Made by a program: the position numbers and the translations under genes. Source: an uncultured Chitinophagales bacterium (GTDB taxonomy: Bacteria; Bacteroidota; Ignavibacteria; UBA10030; UBA6906). Taken from it: a stretch of DNA of 64,000 nt. Under the pieces are notes generated by a model. The model saw nothing but the letters and a program-made list of their open reading frames with translations, was not told the origin of the DNA and made no database searches. This document shows positions 39,250 through 49,204 of the stretch, piece by piece. The first letter of the stretch is position 1. Every line of letters begins with the position of its first letter. Location of the stretch: assembly GCA_964538485.1 (NCBI GenBank), contig CAZIHJ010000003.1, forward strand, positions 3,097 to 67,096, written 5' to 3'.

Positions 39250-39444
39250 TTCGCTGATGCCCCTACGAGGTTGTATGAAATATCACCAGATGTGGCAAAA
39301 AAGACAGCACTTTGAGTCAAATCGGAGAAAAATGTGAAGAAATATATTTAAAATTACCACGAGAGTCAAGCAATGCGGGAGGGTGGTAATGTTACAGGTG
39401 CAACATTACCGGAAGGGTCTGAGCGGAAGCTAAAAACCAAGAGA

Positions 39445-39482
39445 GGCATCCGGCGACGGCGAAATGCCTCTCTTGTCGTTAA
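39445..39482 (-). terminator. intrinsic terminator after the DUF3276 gene
   Basis: Stem aagagaggcat / atgcctctctt (11 bp) with a GC-rich loop. On the minus strand it is followed by a T-run (GGTTTTTAG). Confidence 0.55.
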
Positions 39483-39487
39483 TCGGC

Positions 39488-39766
39488 CTATGCTGATTCT
39501 TGTTTTTCTGCCATCAACGGTTCGAGAAGTTGACTTTGTACATACTCAACTGTCTCTCCGAGGGCATCCCGGAATTTTTCAAAATCCTCTTTATACAGGA
39601 AGATCTTGTGTTTCTCGTAGTCATCATCACCGACACGCTTGCTTTCAGTAATGGTGATATAGAAATCCTTCTCAGACTTCGTGGACTTTACATCAAAGAA
39701 GTATGTTCGCTTTCCAGCCCGCACGCGTTTTGTAAAGATCTCATCTTTGTAGCCGTTTGTGTCCAA
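39488..39766 (-). CDS. DUF3276-family protein (PUR-alpha-like nucleic-acid-binding fold)
   Basis: 92 aa, KRTYFFDVKSTKSEKDFYITITESK. A visibly AT-rich small gene. Confidence 0.6.
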   Translation of the reverse strand: MDTNGYKDEIFTKRVRAGKRTYFFDVKSTKSEKDFYITITESKRVGDDDYEKHKIFLYKEDFEKFRDALGETVEYVQSQLLEPLMAEKQESA

Positions 39767-39914
39767 GGTCTACCCCTCCTTGTGCTTGTATGAGTGATTA
39801 TCTCGTCTTCTCATGAGTGGCCCCACTGCTTTTGTGTCCGACGTGACTTGATGTACCGGAGACCCGGATCACGTGGGGCATACATCAGCGAACAAACATC
39901 CTTCAGTCCATATC

Positions 39915-42212
39915 CTACCTCCTCACGACGGCTACTTTACCAGTGGCAACTTTGCTGCCGTCTTCCGAATACGCGACCACAATATACACACCCGTTGCAA
40001 CGTCCTTGCCGGAATCATCCTGACCATCCCAGAAACCTATTCGCCCCCCCGGCGTTGTCAGATTGCGCACGAGGCGCCCGTCAATAGAAAGAACCTTGAT
40101 ACTAGAATTTTCAACAAGACCATCAACCGTCAATAGTGTTGTGTTGGGTACGACAAACGGGTTTGGAGAGAAGACCAACTCGTCAAAGGACGACTTAGGT
40201 GCTGCCCCTGTGGTGGTGAGGCTCGCGAGCCCGTTGGTACTCCCAAAATACACTGTGCCGCTCTTGGTGTCAATGGCAATGCTCTTCACATCGTTATCAA
40301 TGAGCTTTCCACCGGTACTTTCGACGGTGTAAGAGGCGATTTGTTGGGTGCCGTCCTGTGAAAGAAGAATAACCCCTTCGTTCGTTCCAACCCATTTCTG
40401 ATTTAACGCATCCACGGCAATAGTATTGATGACGAGTCCGTTAAGTGGACGATATGCGGCAATTGCACCGGACCTTGTCGGGCGGTCTGGATCAAGGACG
40501 ATGGCGATGCCACGGTCTGTGCCGATCCAGACATCATTGTCCCTGTCAACGACAATGGTCTTGATGTCATTGCTGGGGAGGCCGTTCGCTTCGGTGAGAT
40601 AGTAATCGACAGAATCGTCCAGCGTGCCTCTGTTTCCGAGCGAGAAAACCCCCTTGAACGAACCATCGCGTGAGGCAGCCCAGAGATTCCCGGATGCATC
40701 GACTGCAAACGTCCTGTCCACGGGCGTGTTATCGAGCAGGGTGTTCACGCGCGATGAGCCAAGCTTCAAAGGAAGAATGGACCATGAATCATCTGCCTTA
40801 TGCACTGCAAGGATATTTCTGTCGCTTGCCGAATTAATTGTCATCCACGTGTTGCCTTGCTGGTCACACTGCACACTGCTGATCACGATATAGTCCGGAT
40901 TTACACTGAGGCCAAGCATTCCAACATTCCTGCCATAGAGGTTCTCTTGACTAATAGCTGCAGCTCCGTGCGGCACTTCGACAACCCCTGATCCCCATGA
41001 ACTCGCCCAGACTGATCCGCCGCATCCGATTGAGATTCGGAAGTAATCATTGGTCGGCAGTGGGCTGTTTCCGGTAGTGAATGATTTCCATTCCGATCCA
41101 TCGTACTTGTAAAAGCCGCTGCCGTTGCCAGAATAGCCCGAAGCACCCCAGACGATGCCATCCTGATCCACCGCCACACTTATGAATTGGTTGGACTGTG
41201 GTCCGTTGGGAATGAACGATTCCCAAGCAGTACCAAACTGAAGAATTCCCCCGTTCGTTGAACCGATAATCGGTTGATGGGTTGCGTTGATGGCAATGGA
41301 AGTGGGGAGGTAGGGAAGGGGCAGACCGAAGGGGACAACATTATTCTGAACATCGATAATCGAAACAGCAAGACTGGAAGTGCATACTGCGAGTCCGGTC
41401 TCAAAAGGTGTGCAGCGAATGACATTCTGTCCATCAAGCGATGGAACACCGGTCCAAGGCCCGGTACCATTCCAGTACAATCCCCGCGATGTTCCAGCGT
41501 ACACTGATCCATTGAAGACAGCGAGCGAGCGCACTTGTCCAAGGGTTGGTTCAACAGTCTGAAGTGACCAGGATTCGGGGGGAAGAAGGTTAGGATTGGC
41601 AAGACTTGCTACTGCAACGTAATTGGTGTTTTGTCCTGTGCCTACGGCAACCCAAATGTTCCCGGAATGAAGTATTGCATCATACACCGACACTCTGCTT
41701 GTTGCGGGGAGGGTCCCAAATCGTGAGTAGGTATCACCAAACTGGCCACGATCATTATCGTACACGCTTACACCAAAATCAGTGCAGACGAGAACGGTAT
41801 CACCATACACAACCAGGCGGTGAACGCGTTTGTTGGTCTGTCCTGACAGTTCAATATCAAGAATGTATCGCCAGGTATGTTGTGCAGGGGAATAAATCTG
41901 AATGACACCAGTGGAAGTGCCGCTCCAGATATCTCCGCGATGATCAACTGCTATTGCTGTCAGATCAACGTTCCGAAGGCCCTCGGCATTGGTGAAGCGT
42001 TGGAATTCGGAGGAACCTTCGCGCCACGCAAACAGACCGCCACTAGTGGCGGCCCAGTAGATGTCACCTGCCCGGACAATGTCACGGACAGCTTTCATGG
42101 AGGTATAGTTCCGCCAAGTTCCTACGGCCGCTATTGCCAAATGGGGGACCACCAGCAATATCACACACCACACACTCTTCTTCATCGTCATCCTCGTGAT
42201 AAGAACCCCCAT
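39915..42212 (-). CDS. secreted two-component-regulator-propeller (Reg_prop) repeat protein with a T9SS C-terminal sorting domain
   Basis: Signal peptide; repeated W/V-x-G-T-x-x-G motifs (IWSGTSTGV, VWIGTDRGI, WVGTNEGV). C-terminal Por_Secre_tail-like segment SPNPFVV...GVYIVVAYSEDG. Confidence 0.6.
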   Translation of the reverse strand: MGVLITRMTMKKSVWCVILLVVPHLAIAAVGTWRNYTSMKAVRDIVRAGDIYWAATSGGLFAWREGSSEFQRFTNAEGLRNVDLTAIAVDHRGDIWSGTSTGVIQIYSPAQHTWRYILDIELSGQTNKRVHRLVVYGDTVLVCTDFGVSVYDNDRGQFGDTYSRFGTLPATSRVSVYDAILHSGNIWVAVGTGQNTNYVAVASLANPNLLPPESWSLQTVEPTLGQVRSLAVFNGSVYAGTSRGLYWNGTGPWTGVPSLDGQNVIRCTPFETGLAVCTSSLAVSIIDVQNNVVPFGLPLPYLPTSIAINATHQPIIGSTNGGILQFGTAWESFIPNGPQSNQFISVAVDQDGIVWGASGYSGNGSGFYKYDGSEWKSFTTGNSPLPTNDYFRISIGCGGSVWASSWGSGVVEVPHGAAAISQENLYGRNVGMLGLSVNPDYIVISSVQCDQQGNTWMTINSASDRNILAVHKADDSWSILPLKLGSSRVNTLLDNTPVDRTFAVDASGNLWAASRDGSFKGVFSLGNRGTLDDSVDYYLTEANGLPSNDIKTIVVDRDNDVWIGTDRGIAIVLDPDRPTRSGAIAAYRPLNGLVINTIAVDALNQKWVGTNEGVILLSQDGTQQIASYTVESTGGKLIDNDVKSIAIDTKSGTVYFGSTNGLASLTTTGAAPKSSFDELVFSPNPFVVPNTTLLTVDGLVENSSIKVLSIDGRLVRNLTTPGGRIGFWDGQDDSGKDVATGVYIVVAYSEDGSKVATGKVAVVRR

Positions 42213-42230
42213 GCGCAGCCGGGATTCCTG

Positions 42231-42722
42231 TCAGTTCTTCGTTCGCTTCTTCACTTTGGTGAGTTGATTCCTGATCTGCACGAGTTCGATGGCAGTCATT
42301 GCAGCATCCCAGCCCTTGTTGCCTGCCTTGGCTCCGGCCCGTTCGAGTGCCTGGGTAAGATTCTCTGTGGTGAGCACACCAAACGCCGTGGGGACGCCTG
42401 TGAGGAAGGGCACCTGTGCCACACCTTTTGTAACCTCTGATGCAATGTAATCGAAGTGCGGTGTTTCGCCGCGAATAACGCATCCAAGACAAATGATTGC
42501 ATCGTGTTGACCTGTCTGCGCCAGTTGCATTGCGACTTGCGGAATTTCAAACGACCCGGGGCAATGCACCACGGTAACAGCATTCTCGCTTGCTCCGTGT
42601 CGGAGCAAACAATCCAATGCACCTTCGAGGAGTTGATTGGTAACCAGATTGTTAAATCGGCTGACCACTATGCCGAACGAACGTCCCTCAGCCGAGAGGT
42701 GACCCTGAAGAGTATGTACCAT
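42231..42722 (-). CDS. ribH: 6,7-dimethyl-8-ribityllumazine synthase
   Basis: 163 aa; GIVVSRFN and GAFEIP motifs. Confidence 0.9.
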   Translation of the reverse strand: MVHTLQGHLSAEGRSFGIVVSRFNNLVTNQLLEGALDCLLRHGASENAVTVVHCPGSFEIPQVAMQLAQTGQHDAIICLGCVIRGETPHFDYIASEVTKGVAQVPFLTGVPTAFGVLTTENLTQALERAGAKAGNKGWDAAMTAIELVQIRNQLTKVKKRTKN

Positions 42723-42746
42723 GGGAGTCCTTTGATCGGCGTGCAG

Positions 42747-43595
42747 TTATTGCAACTGATGCCGCATCATGTCGATGTGTTTTTCGGAAATATAGTACTT
42801 GCCAAGAACTTCGAGATCGTTTCGCTTTCCGCCGTGGAAATCCGATCCACCGCTTGCAAGGAGAAAATATTCGCTTACAATACCATTGTAGTACGCGATC
42901 CGCTCCGGGGAATGTGAAGGGTGGATCACTTCGATGCCATCAACACCTTCGCGAATAAGTGTAAGAAGCAACTTTTCATCAATGTTGTTGCCGGGATGGG
43001 CGACGAAGGAAAGTCCACCCGCATCGGCAATCAACTCGACCGCTTCCCGGGGAGAGATCTGGTACTTCTTCTCGTATGCCGGCCTGCCGTAGCCGATGTA
43101 CTTCAGGAATGCCTCGTGATACGTTCCGGTTAGCCCTTCTTCGACGAGAGCGTTGGCTATGTGCGGACGGCCAACAGAGCCGGCCCCGGCTTTGTCCATT
43201 ACCGCCTCCATAGTGAGCGGAATTTTCATATCGTTTAGTTTTTCCACGATACGCTCGGCACGCTTGACGCGCTCGACGCGGAAAAGCGAGAGGTATTCCT
43301 GGAGTTTCGGGCTGGTGTGATCGAAGAAATAGCCAAGGATGTGGATGTCTTGATCGCCGACGTTTGCACTGATTTCCATTCCGGGGATCACGTCAACCCC
43401 GCATTGTTTACCGACGGCGATGGCCTCGTCGATGCCGCTGGCATTGTCATGGTCTGTGATGCTGATCGTGTTCAGCCCTGCTTCCCCGGTACGTCTGACA
43501 AGTGCTTCAATTGACAGCACGCCATCGGAGTACGTGGAATGCATGTGGAGATCCGCTTTACCCTCCATGCACGACCCGCCAGGAACAGGAAACAA
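42747..43595 (-). CDS. PHP-domain (polymerase/histidinol-phosphatase-like) metal-dependent phosphoesterase
   Basis: ADLHMHSTYSDG...ISITDHD...HP motifs. Confidence 0.7.
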   Translation of the reverse strand: MFPVPGGSCMEGKADLHMHSTYSDGVLSIEALVRRTGEAGLNTISITDHDNASGIDEAIAVGKQCGVDVIPGMEISANVGDQDIHILGYFFDHTSPKLQEYLSLFRVERVKRAERIVEKLNDMKIPLTMEAVMDKAGAGSVGRPHIANALVEEGLTGTYHEAFLKYIGYGRPAYEKKYQISPREAVELIADAGGLSFVAHPGNNIDEKLLLTLIREGVDGIEVIHPSHSPERIAYYNGIVSEYFLLASGGSDFHGGKRNDLEVLGKYYISEKHIDMMRHQLQ

Positions 43596-43603
43596 ACGCT
43601 CCC

Positions 43604-44230
43604 CTACAAATATCTGCTCTTGAACTTTTCATAGTCATTAATGATGAGCTTGCCCCGCTCAAGCTCCAGGTGCCCCTCGCGGATAAACGAATGGATCATG
43701 CGTGAGATCGTCTCACGTGATGTTCCGGCCATATTTGCGAGATCTTGCTGAAGCGGCAACTCATCGATCTCAACCCGTCCCTTACGGATCTTGCCGATAT
43801 CGTCTGCCAACTGGAGAATTACGTTGGCGACACGTCCCGCGGCATCCTTCAGAGAAAGACTTTTTATCTGCGCATCTGCTTTTCGCAGGCGCATAGTCAA
43901 TTCCTTTAAGAGGGCAATTGCAACAGAGGGAAAGTCGTGGAGAAGTTTCAGGAAGTCACGGCGGTGAATCATGAACAACTCGGACTTCGAGATGGCAACG
44001 ACGCTCGCGGAGCGGGCAAGTCCGTCGAGAATTGCCATCTCACCGAAAAAATCACTTTCGCCGAGAATGGAGAGGATCACCTCACGGCCATCATCGTCCA
44101 TTCTGACGATCTTTACTTTGCCGGAAATGATGACGAAGAGTGCCGCTCCGGCCTCCTCCTCCAGGAGAATGATACTGCCTTTCTTGTATTTCTTTCGGAC
44201 ACCGACTTTCGCAATGGTTTCAAGATCCAT
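43604..44230 (-). CDS. Crp/Fnr-family transcriptional regulator
   Basis: cNMP-binding domain (FFGEMAILDG) plus a C-terminal HTH (RETISRMI). Confidence 0.85.
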   Translation of the reverse strand: MDLETIAKVGVRKKYKKGSIILLEEEAGAALFVIISGKVKIVRMDDDGREVILSILGESDFFGEMAILDGLARSASVVAISKSELFMIHRRDFLKLLHDFPSVAIALLKELTMRLRKADAQIKSLSLKDAAGRVANVILQLADDIGKIRKGRVEIDELPLQQDLANMAGTSRETISRMIHSFIREGHLELERGKLIINDYEKFKSRYL

Positions 44231-44433
44231 TGCCTCAAGGTCGCAGAGGATGGGAACATTCCTGAGAAATTCGATTTCTTCTTTGGCGATTGTCGTCAGA
44301 GTGACCTCATTGGGTAGTTGTATCGGCTGGAGGCGCAGTCACATTTATGCAAAATACCATCAGAAATATAGTTTCTTGTGTGATGAAAGTCAAGGGAAGG
44401 AACGTTCACATGCCAGCCAATTCAGACGACGCT

Positions 44434-45228
44434 TCAGTCGGCCAGGATGAAGTATGTAAACAGACCAAGACTGACCTGCGTTGCTGCGATACAGAGCGCG
44501 GCCGCAGTGTCGAAACGATTCGTGCGGTCAAGCAATGCCGGGTCGCGCGTAAAGCGATATACTGCGTAGTTGTCATCGGCTTTGAGTTTGAAGTGCGCCG
44601 CGAGAGCACCCGATATCACCGCCCCTGCCCCGGCAATGTATAACCGGAGTGGCGAGGCGCCTGCATCATTGGAATAATTTATAAGGAGATTTTCCATCGG
44701 TGCTACAAGTGGATCGCGCTCGAGCTTCACCGATAGCGCGCCGGTTCCTGCAGAACGGAAATCAATCACCATGCTCTCATACCCCGGTTTTCTCACGTGC
44801 AGTATTGCGTCACGGATCGAGCCGGGAGCATCAAATACCAGCGGGGTGGTTCCGAGAAGTGAATCGTCGAGAAAAACTTCCGCGTTGAATGGCTCCGATG
44901 TGATGAATGCTCTTGAGGCAAATGTATAATACAGGGTCTCCGGCATTGCTGCGAAGACGCCAATCGTATCTTGGATGTTCTCGCGGAGCCAGCTTTCATA
45001 TTCGGGGTGAATAAGTGAAAGAGTGTATTGTCCCTCAGCCAGTTCGACCCGGATCGGAGTTGTTCCCTGTTGCACGCCATCAACAAAAACCATGGCACCG
45101 TCGGTGTCGGTAACAATTGTGCGCGGATAAATACAACGCTCGTACGTCATAGTCGAATCCTGACCCCGTAGCATTGATGATGCTGTACACAAGAAAAACA
45201 GCGTAACGCAAAAGAAGTAGTGTTTCAT
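44434..45228 (-). CDS. PEGA-domain protein with signal peptide and C-terminal TM helix
   Basis: Two PEGA-like segments (VFVDGVQQGTTPIRVEL, AEVFLDDSLLGTTPLVF) and a C-terminal hydrophobic helix. Confidence 0.5.
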   Translation of the reverse strand: MKHYFFCVTLFFLCTASSMLRGQDSTMTYERCIYPRTIVTDTDGAMVFVDGVQQGTTPIRVELAEGQYTLSLIHPEYESWLRENIQDTIGVFAAMPETLYYTFASRAFITSEPFNAEVFLDDSLLGTTPLVFDAPGSIRDAILHVRKPGYESMVIDFRSAGTGALSVKLERDPLVAPMENLLINYSNDAGASPLRLYIAGAGAVISGALAAHFKLKADDNYAVYRFTRDPALLDRTNRFDTAAALCIAATQVSLGLFTYFILAD

Positions 45229-46376
45229 TTCCTTGCTTCTCCAAAAGCCAGCACGAGCTTTTCGTCCGTTGCGATGAAGATTCTACCCTCGGAAAGTGCA
45301 GGTGAGGACTTAATGCGGCCGGGAACGGTTTCCCGCCAAAGAACTGTCCCGGTGGCAACATCAAGGGCAAGGAACTCCTTCTTAAGTGTTCCAACAAATA
45401 CCGTTTGTCCGGATATCGCTGCGGAAGCATTCACCACTCCGCCAACATCGGTACTCCATGCAACGGTGCCGTCATGCCGGTGAATTGCGATCATCTGTCC
45501 GGCGGTTGTACCGAGAATGACACGGTCGTCTATTAATGCAGGAGTGGAATAGACGCTCGCGCCTGTTTCATGCTTCCAGCGTGCAGAGCCATCATGTACA
45601 TTTACGGCAATAATGGCACCGCCGGTATTTCCAACGAACACAATTCCTTCGGCGATGCACGGGCTTGCCATGATGGCAGATCCCGAGTTCACACTCCATT
45701 GGAGCAGTCCCTTTTGCGCGTCGAGCGCATACAGCACGCCGTCATCGGCTCCAAACACCACCACCGCGCCGTCGCTGGACGGCGAGGAACGTATTCCTTT
45801 GCGAGTTGTGTTCTTCTCCAATTCAAACTTCCAGAGTTGATCCCCTGATTGGGCATCCACACAAAAGAAAGCTCCGCGCGTATTGCCGATATAAAGTCTG
45901 TTATCCAGCAACAGAGGAGAGACTTCTATATCGCCATAGTTTCTTTTCCATATCGCTTTTCCTTCGTTGAGATCAAAGGCAACCAGCGATTCATCGCTAT
46001 TGGAGATGGGGATATACGCGATACCGGCTTCGTAGACAGGGGTGCCGTTGATTGCATCGCCAATATCAATCCAGCCGACTCTTTTCCCGGTCCGTATGTT
46101 GATTGCGTGCAACTCACCGCGAAGATTACCAAGAATCAAAAAACTATCGATAACTATTGGAGAACCGTTTCCCACCCCGCTGGTCACGTCATGCTCCCAG
46201 AGTTTAGAAAGGGGAGGAGTAACGGACGAAGTTGCATTACCGGTGCGGGTTGCCGTGCGTGCAAACGTCGGCCAGTCGGTATCATCAACAACGGGTCGTT
46301 CCTGCAAGCGCAAACCGCCACAGCCGGAGAACACTGCAAGTATGACAATGAGTCTTCTCAATGCTAGAAATCCCAT
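45225..46376 (-). CDS. PQQ-repeat beta-propeller lipoprotein (BamB-like)
   Basis: Lipobox VFSGCGG. Eight PQQ-like blades (LYALDAQKGLLQWS, AIIAVNVHDGSARWK and others). Confidence 0.65.
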   Translation of the reverse strand: MGFLALRRLIVILAVFSGCGGLRLQERPVVDDTDWPTFARTATRTGNATSSVTPPLSKLWEHDVTSGVGNGSPIVIDSFLILGNLRGELHAINIRTGKRVGWIDIGDAINGTPVYEAGIAYIPISNSDESLVAFDLNEGKAIWKRNYGDIEVSPLLLDNRLYIGNTRGAFFCVDAQSGDQLWKFELEKNTTRKGIRSSPSSDGAVVVFGADDGVLYALDAQKGLLQWSVNSGSAIMASPCIAEGIVFVGNTGGAIIAVNVHDGSARWKHETGASVYSTPALIDDRVILGTTAGQMIAIHRHDGTVAWSTDVGGVVNASAAISGQTVFVGTLKKEFLALDVATGTVLWRETVPGRIKSSPALSEGRIFIATDEKLVLAFGEARK

Positions 46377-49204
46377 CCGAAAAACAACTGATGAAACAGT
46401 CCGCTTTGCATCGTGTGGAAATTATCCTCGATCCTCTTCCCGACATCATACCGCAGCACAAGGAAGCCCCCGAGATTCATGCGCAGTCCGCCCCCCACGC
46501 TTCCCAGGGTCTCGGTATACTCGTCGTCCCACGCGTTTCCGGCATCAAAAAATAGCGCGCCGCGAATCGACCAGAAGCTCAACCCCACGAACGGAAAGCG
46601 GATCGCCAACTGGTCGATAAACGGAAAGCGAAGTTCCTGACTTGCCAGCCAGAGTTTTTCCCCGCGAATCGACCAGCGCGGAAAACCGCGCAAGTCCCAA
46701 CTCCCGCCCATCACAAACCGGCGCGATTCCTTTCCATCATTATAGAAGAGCCATGCACGCGATGCAAATGTGCTGCGTTGCGACAGTCTGAAATAGTGCC
46801 GGTAGTCGATAATGGCCGTGTAGTAATTGACATTGGAGTATTGAATGTCAGAAGTAAAGGCAAGGGTCAGGTTGAACCTGCTGCCATCCAGTGGTCCGCT
46901 TGGTCCCCACAAGGAGTTGTCATGAGTGAATGAAACCGAATTCGAGAGGAGCAGTGCCTTCCTGTCCTCAATGATGATGTCAACATCCTTGTTGGAATTG
47001 CTCAAGCTCACCGCGGTTTCGATCCGCTGGAATTTTGTGAGTGGATAACTCAATGCGAAGTATCCGCCAAATACGCGCTCAAAATAAAATTCGTCCTTGT
47101 CTGTCAGATCGTAACGCCTGCCACTGAAACGATAAATGCCATAGGCGTAGTTTGTCCGCTGGCTCAGTGACACGCGCGAGATTGCCACATTAAAGCTGGA
47201 GAGAAGCTCGTCCTGCGATTGCGCGGTATTATACAGCAGGAAATAATACTGGTCGTTCCCGAGCAAATCGCTGAGCCCGACAAACGCGCCGCCGGATGTT
47301 CCGAACACCGGATCCGTGGAGATGGCGCTCTGGGCTATATCCAGACTGTATTCGCCTTGGTACTTCAATGTCTTGACTTCCGAAACACCTGCAATGGACC
47401 TGGCCTCCCAGGGTTTTTCCCGGTTGTAGAGATCAACAAGGCGCACAGTCGTTGATGTGTCGAACGTCGCTTCAATGTTCTTCAACATGCGTATCTGGAA
47501 ACTGAATTTCTCAAACGCGGCGAAGACCAGGTCGCCGTCTTTTGTCCAGGTCGGGTCAAATGCTGCTGTGGTAAAGTGTGTCACCTTGGTCATGGAGCGC
47601 ATGCCGCCAGGGTGTCTCTTCTCCATATCCATCATCCAGATATTCTGTGCACCATCGGTGTCGCATGTAAATGCCAGCCGGGTTCCGTCCTTTGACCAGG
47701 CGGGTGATCCGGTATTTTCGTTGCCGAACGTGAGATAGTCGATCGTACCGGATACCATGTCATAGAGAAACAGATTGTGTTTGCCGTTCTTGCCATGCGG
47801 ACTTCGATCCGAACTGAAGGCGATCTTATCGCCATGCGGCGACCAGGCCGGATCCCGATCGTCATAATAGTCATTGGTGAGTTTGCGAAGGTTGCGGCTC
47901 TCGATATCAAGCACATACAAATCGTTATTGCCGCTCATGTCAATGGAAGAGAAAGCGATGCGCTTGCCGTCGGGTGACCAGGATGTTGAGCCGATGCCGA
48001 CCAACTGCCGGAAGCGGAATGTCTCAATGATCCTCTCCTGCATAAGGTCATACAAATGCAGTACATCGCTTTCGCCACTCTTGGTAACGAATGCCAGCAC
48101 ACCTTCACGCGAAATATCCATGCGCGTGCGGAAAGGATGGAACGTTTCAAAGTCATCCGACTTCTCTCCCTGCAGGACGTTTGTTGCAGAAGCATCGGGT
48201 CGTTCATCGTTCAGCGATTTCTTGAAGATGCCGGTGTAGCCTGTCTGGTTGCCGATAAAGTAGACGTCCCGCGTCGAGTCCCGTTCGAACACCACGGGCT
48301 TGGCATTGAATCCTTCCTTCACCACGTTGATCGTTGTGCTGCTTGGCGTATCGTATTTGGCAAGGAGCGGGTAGTATTTTTTCTTGAGCGCATACAACCA
48401 CTCTTCATCAAACTCCTTGTAGTTCTTCCCGAGCGTCATCTTGAACACTTCGCTGAAGCTGCCCACCTTCCAGAAGTTTTCCATGAGCAACAGAATTTTC
48501 TCTTTGCCATACTTCTCGCCGATGTACTCCAGCACTGCCTGTCCTTCCTTGTACATCAGGAACGAACCGTAAATGCGATCCATGTCGTCAACGCCCACGA
48601 CGATATCGCTCAACACGGCATCCCGCATCACCATTTCGGCCTGGGTATCCCATTCTGTTGACCAATATTCTGCAAGGCCCTCGGTAAACCAGAGAGGTGG
48701 AAAGCGGTCCTGCGTTTTGCGGTGATCAATAAGGACGCGAGAAATCTTGCTGTGCATGAACACATGCACGAGCTCGTGGCGTATCACGTGTCGGAATTGG
48801 AACGTTGAACCGTCGGAGGGAATGACGACGCGGCCTTTGAGGAATTCAAAGAAGCCGCCCACGCCTTCGGGGATGAAGCCACCTGTGGTATTCGTTTGTT
48901 GGAAATGGAGGTGCGAACTGTAGAAGATGAGCGGAACGCGGTTGTTGAGTGAGTGATTGAATTTTGTTTCGAGTTCTTTGAAGGCCTCCTCGGCGAAAAA
49001 CGCGCCGCGCTCAGCGAGGTCTTTCATCTCCGGATAATAATAGATATCGAAGTGCTCGGTCTTGAGAACATGCCAGTCGAATGCCGTGTACTGCACCTTG
49101 TTGCGGCCGAAATAAAAGAATTGCGCCACGGCGGTGGAAGAAGAGAGAAGGAGGAGAACGGCGAACAACAGCTGGAAACGACGCATCACAGTCCCGTCAG
49201 TCAC
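46364..49204 (-). CDS. 946-aa outer-membrane fusion protein: Peptidase_MA_2-like HExxH domain + TolB/PD40 beta-propeller + Omp85-type beta-barrel
   Basis: Signal peptide; HELVHVFMH...TEGLAEYW. PD40 repeats (WSPDGKRIAFSS, PAWSPHGDKIAFSSDRS, SPAWSKDGTRLAFTCD). C-terminal barrel ending ...FFGWDF. Confidence 0.6.
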   Translation of the reverse strand: MTDGTVMRRFQLLFAVLLLLSSSTAVAQFFYFGRNKVQYTAFDWHVLKTEHFDIYYYPEMKDLAERGAFFAEEAFKELETKFNHSLNNRVPLIFYSSHLHFQQTNTTGGFIPEGVGGFFEFLKGRVVIPSDGSTFQFRHVIRHELVHVFMHSKISRVLIDHRKTQDRFPPLWFTEGLAEYWSTEWDTQAEMVMRDAVLSDIVVGVDDMDRIYGSFLMYKEGQAVLEYIGEKYGKEKILLLMENFWKVGSFSEVFKMTLGKNYKEFDEEWLYALKKKYYPLLAKYDTPSSTTINVVKEGFNAKPVVFERDSTRDVYFIGNQTGYTGIFKKSLNDERPDASATNVLQGEKSDDFETFHPFRTRMDISREGVLAFVTKSGESDVLHLYDLMQERIIETFRFRQLVGIGSTSWSPDGKRIAFSSIDMSGNNDLYVLDIESRNLRKLTNDYYDDRDPAWSPHGDKIAFSSDRSPHGKNGKHNLFLYDMVSGTIDYLTFGNENTGSPAWSKDGTRLAFTCDTDGAQNIWMMDMEKRHPGGMRSMTKVTHFTTAAFDPTWTKDGDLVFAAFEKFSFQIRMLKNIEATFDTSTTVRLVDLYNREKPWEARSIAGVSEVKTLKYQGEYSLDIAQSAISTDPVFGTSGGAFVGLSDLLGNDQYYFLLYNTAQSQDELLSSFNVAISRVSLSQRTNYAYGIYRFSGRRYDLTDKDEFYFERVFGGYFALSYPLTKFQRIETAVSLSNSNKDVDIIIEDRKALLLSNSVSFTHDNSLWGPSGPLDGSRFNLTLAFTSDIQYSNVNYYTAIIDYRHYFRLSQRSTFASRAWLFYNDGKESRRFVMGGSWDLRGFPRWSIRGEKLWLASQELRFPFIDQLAIRFPFVGLSFWSIRGALFFDAGNAWDDEYTETLGSVGGGLRMNLGGFLVLRYDVGKRIEDNFHTMQSGLFHQLFFGWDF

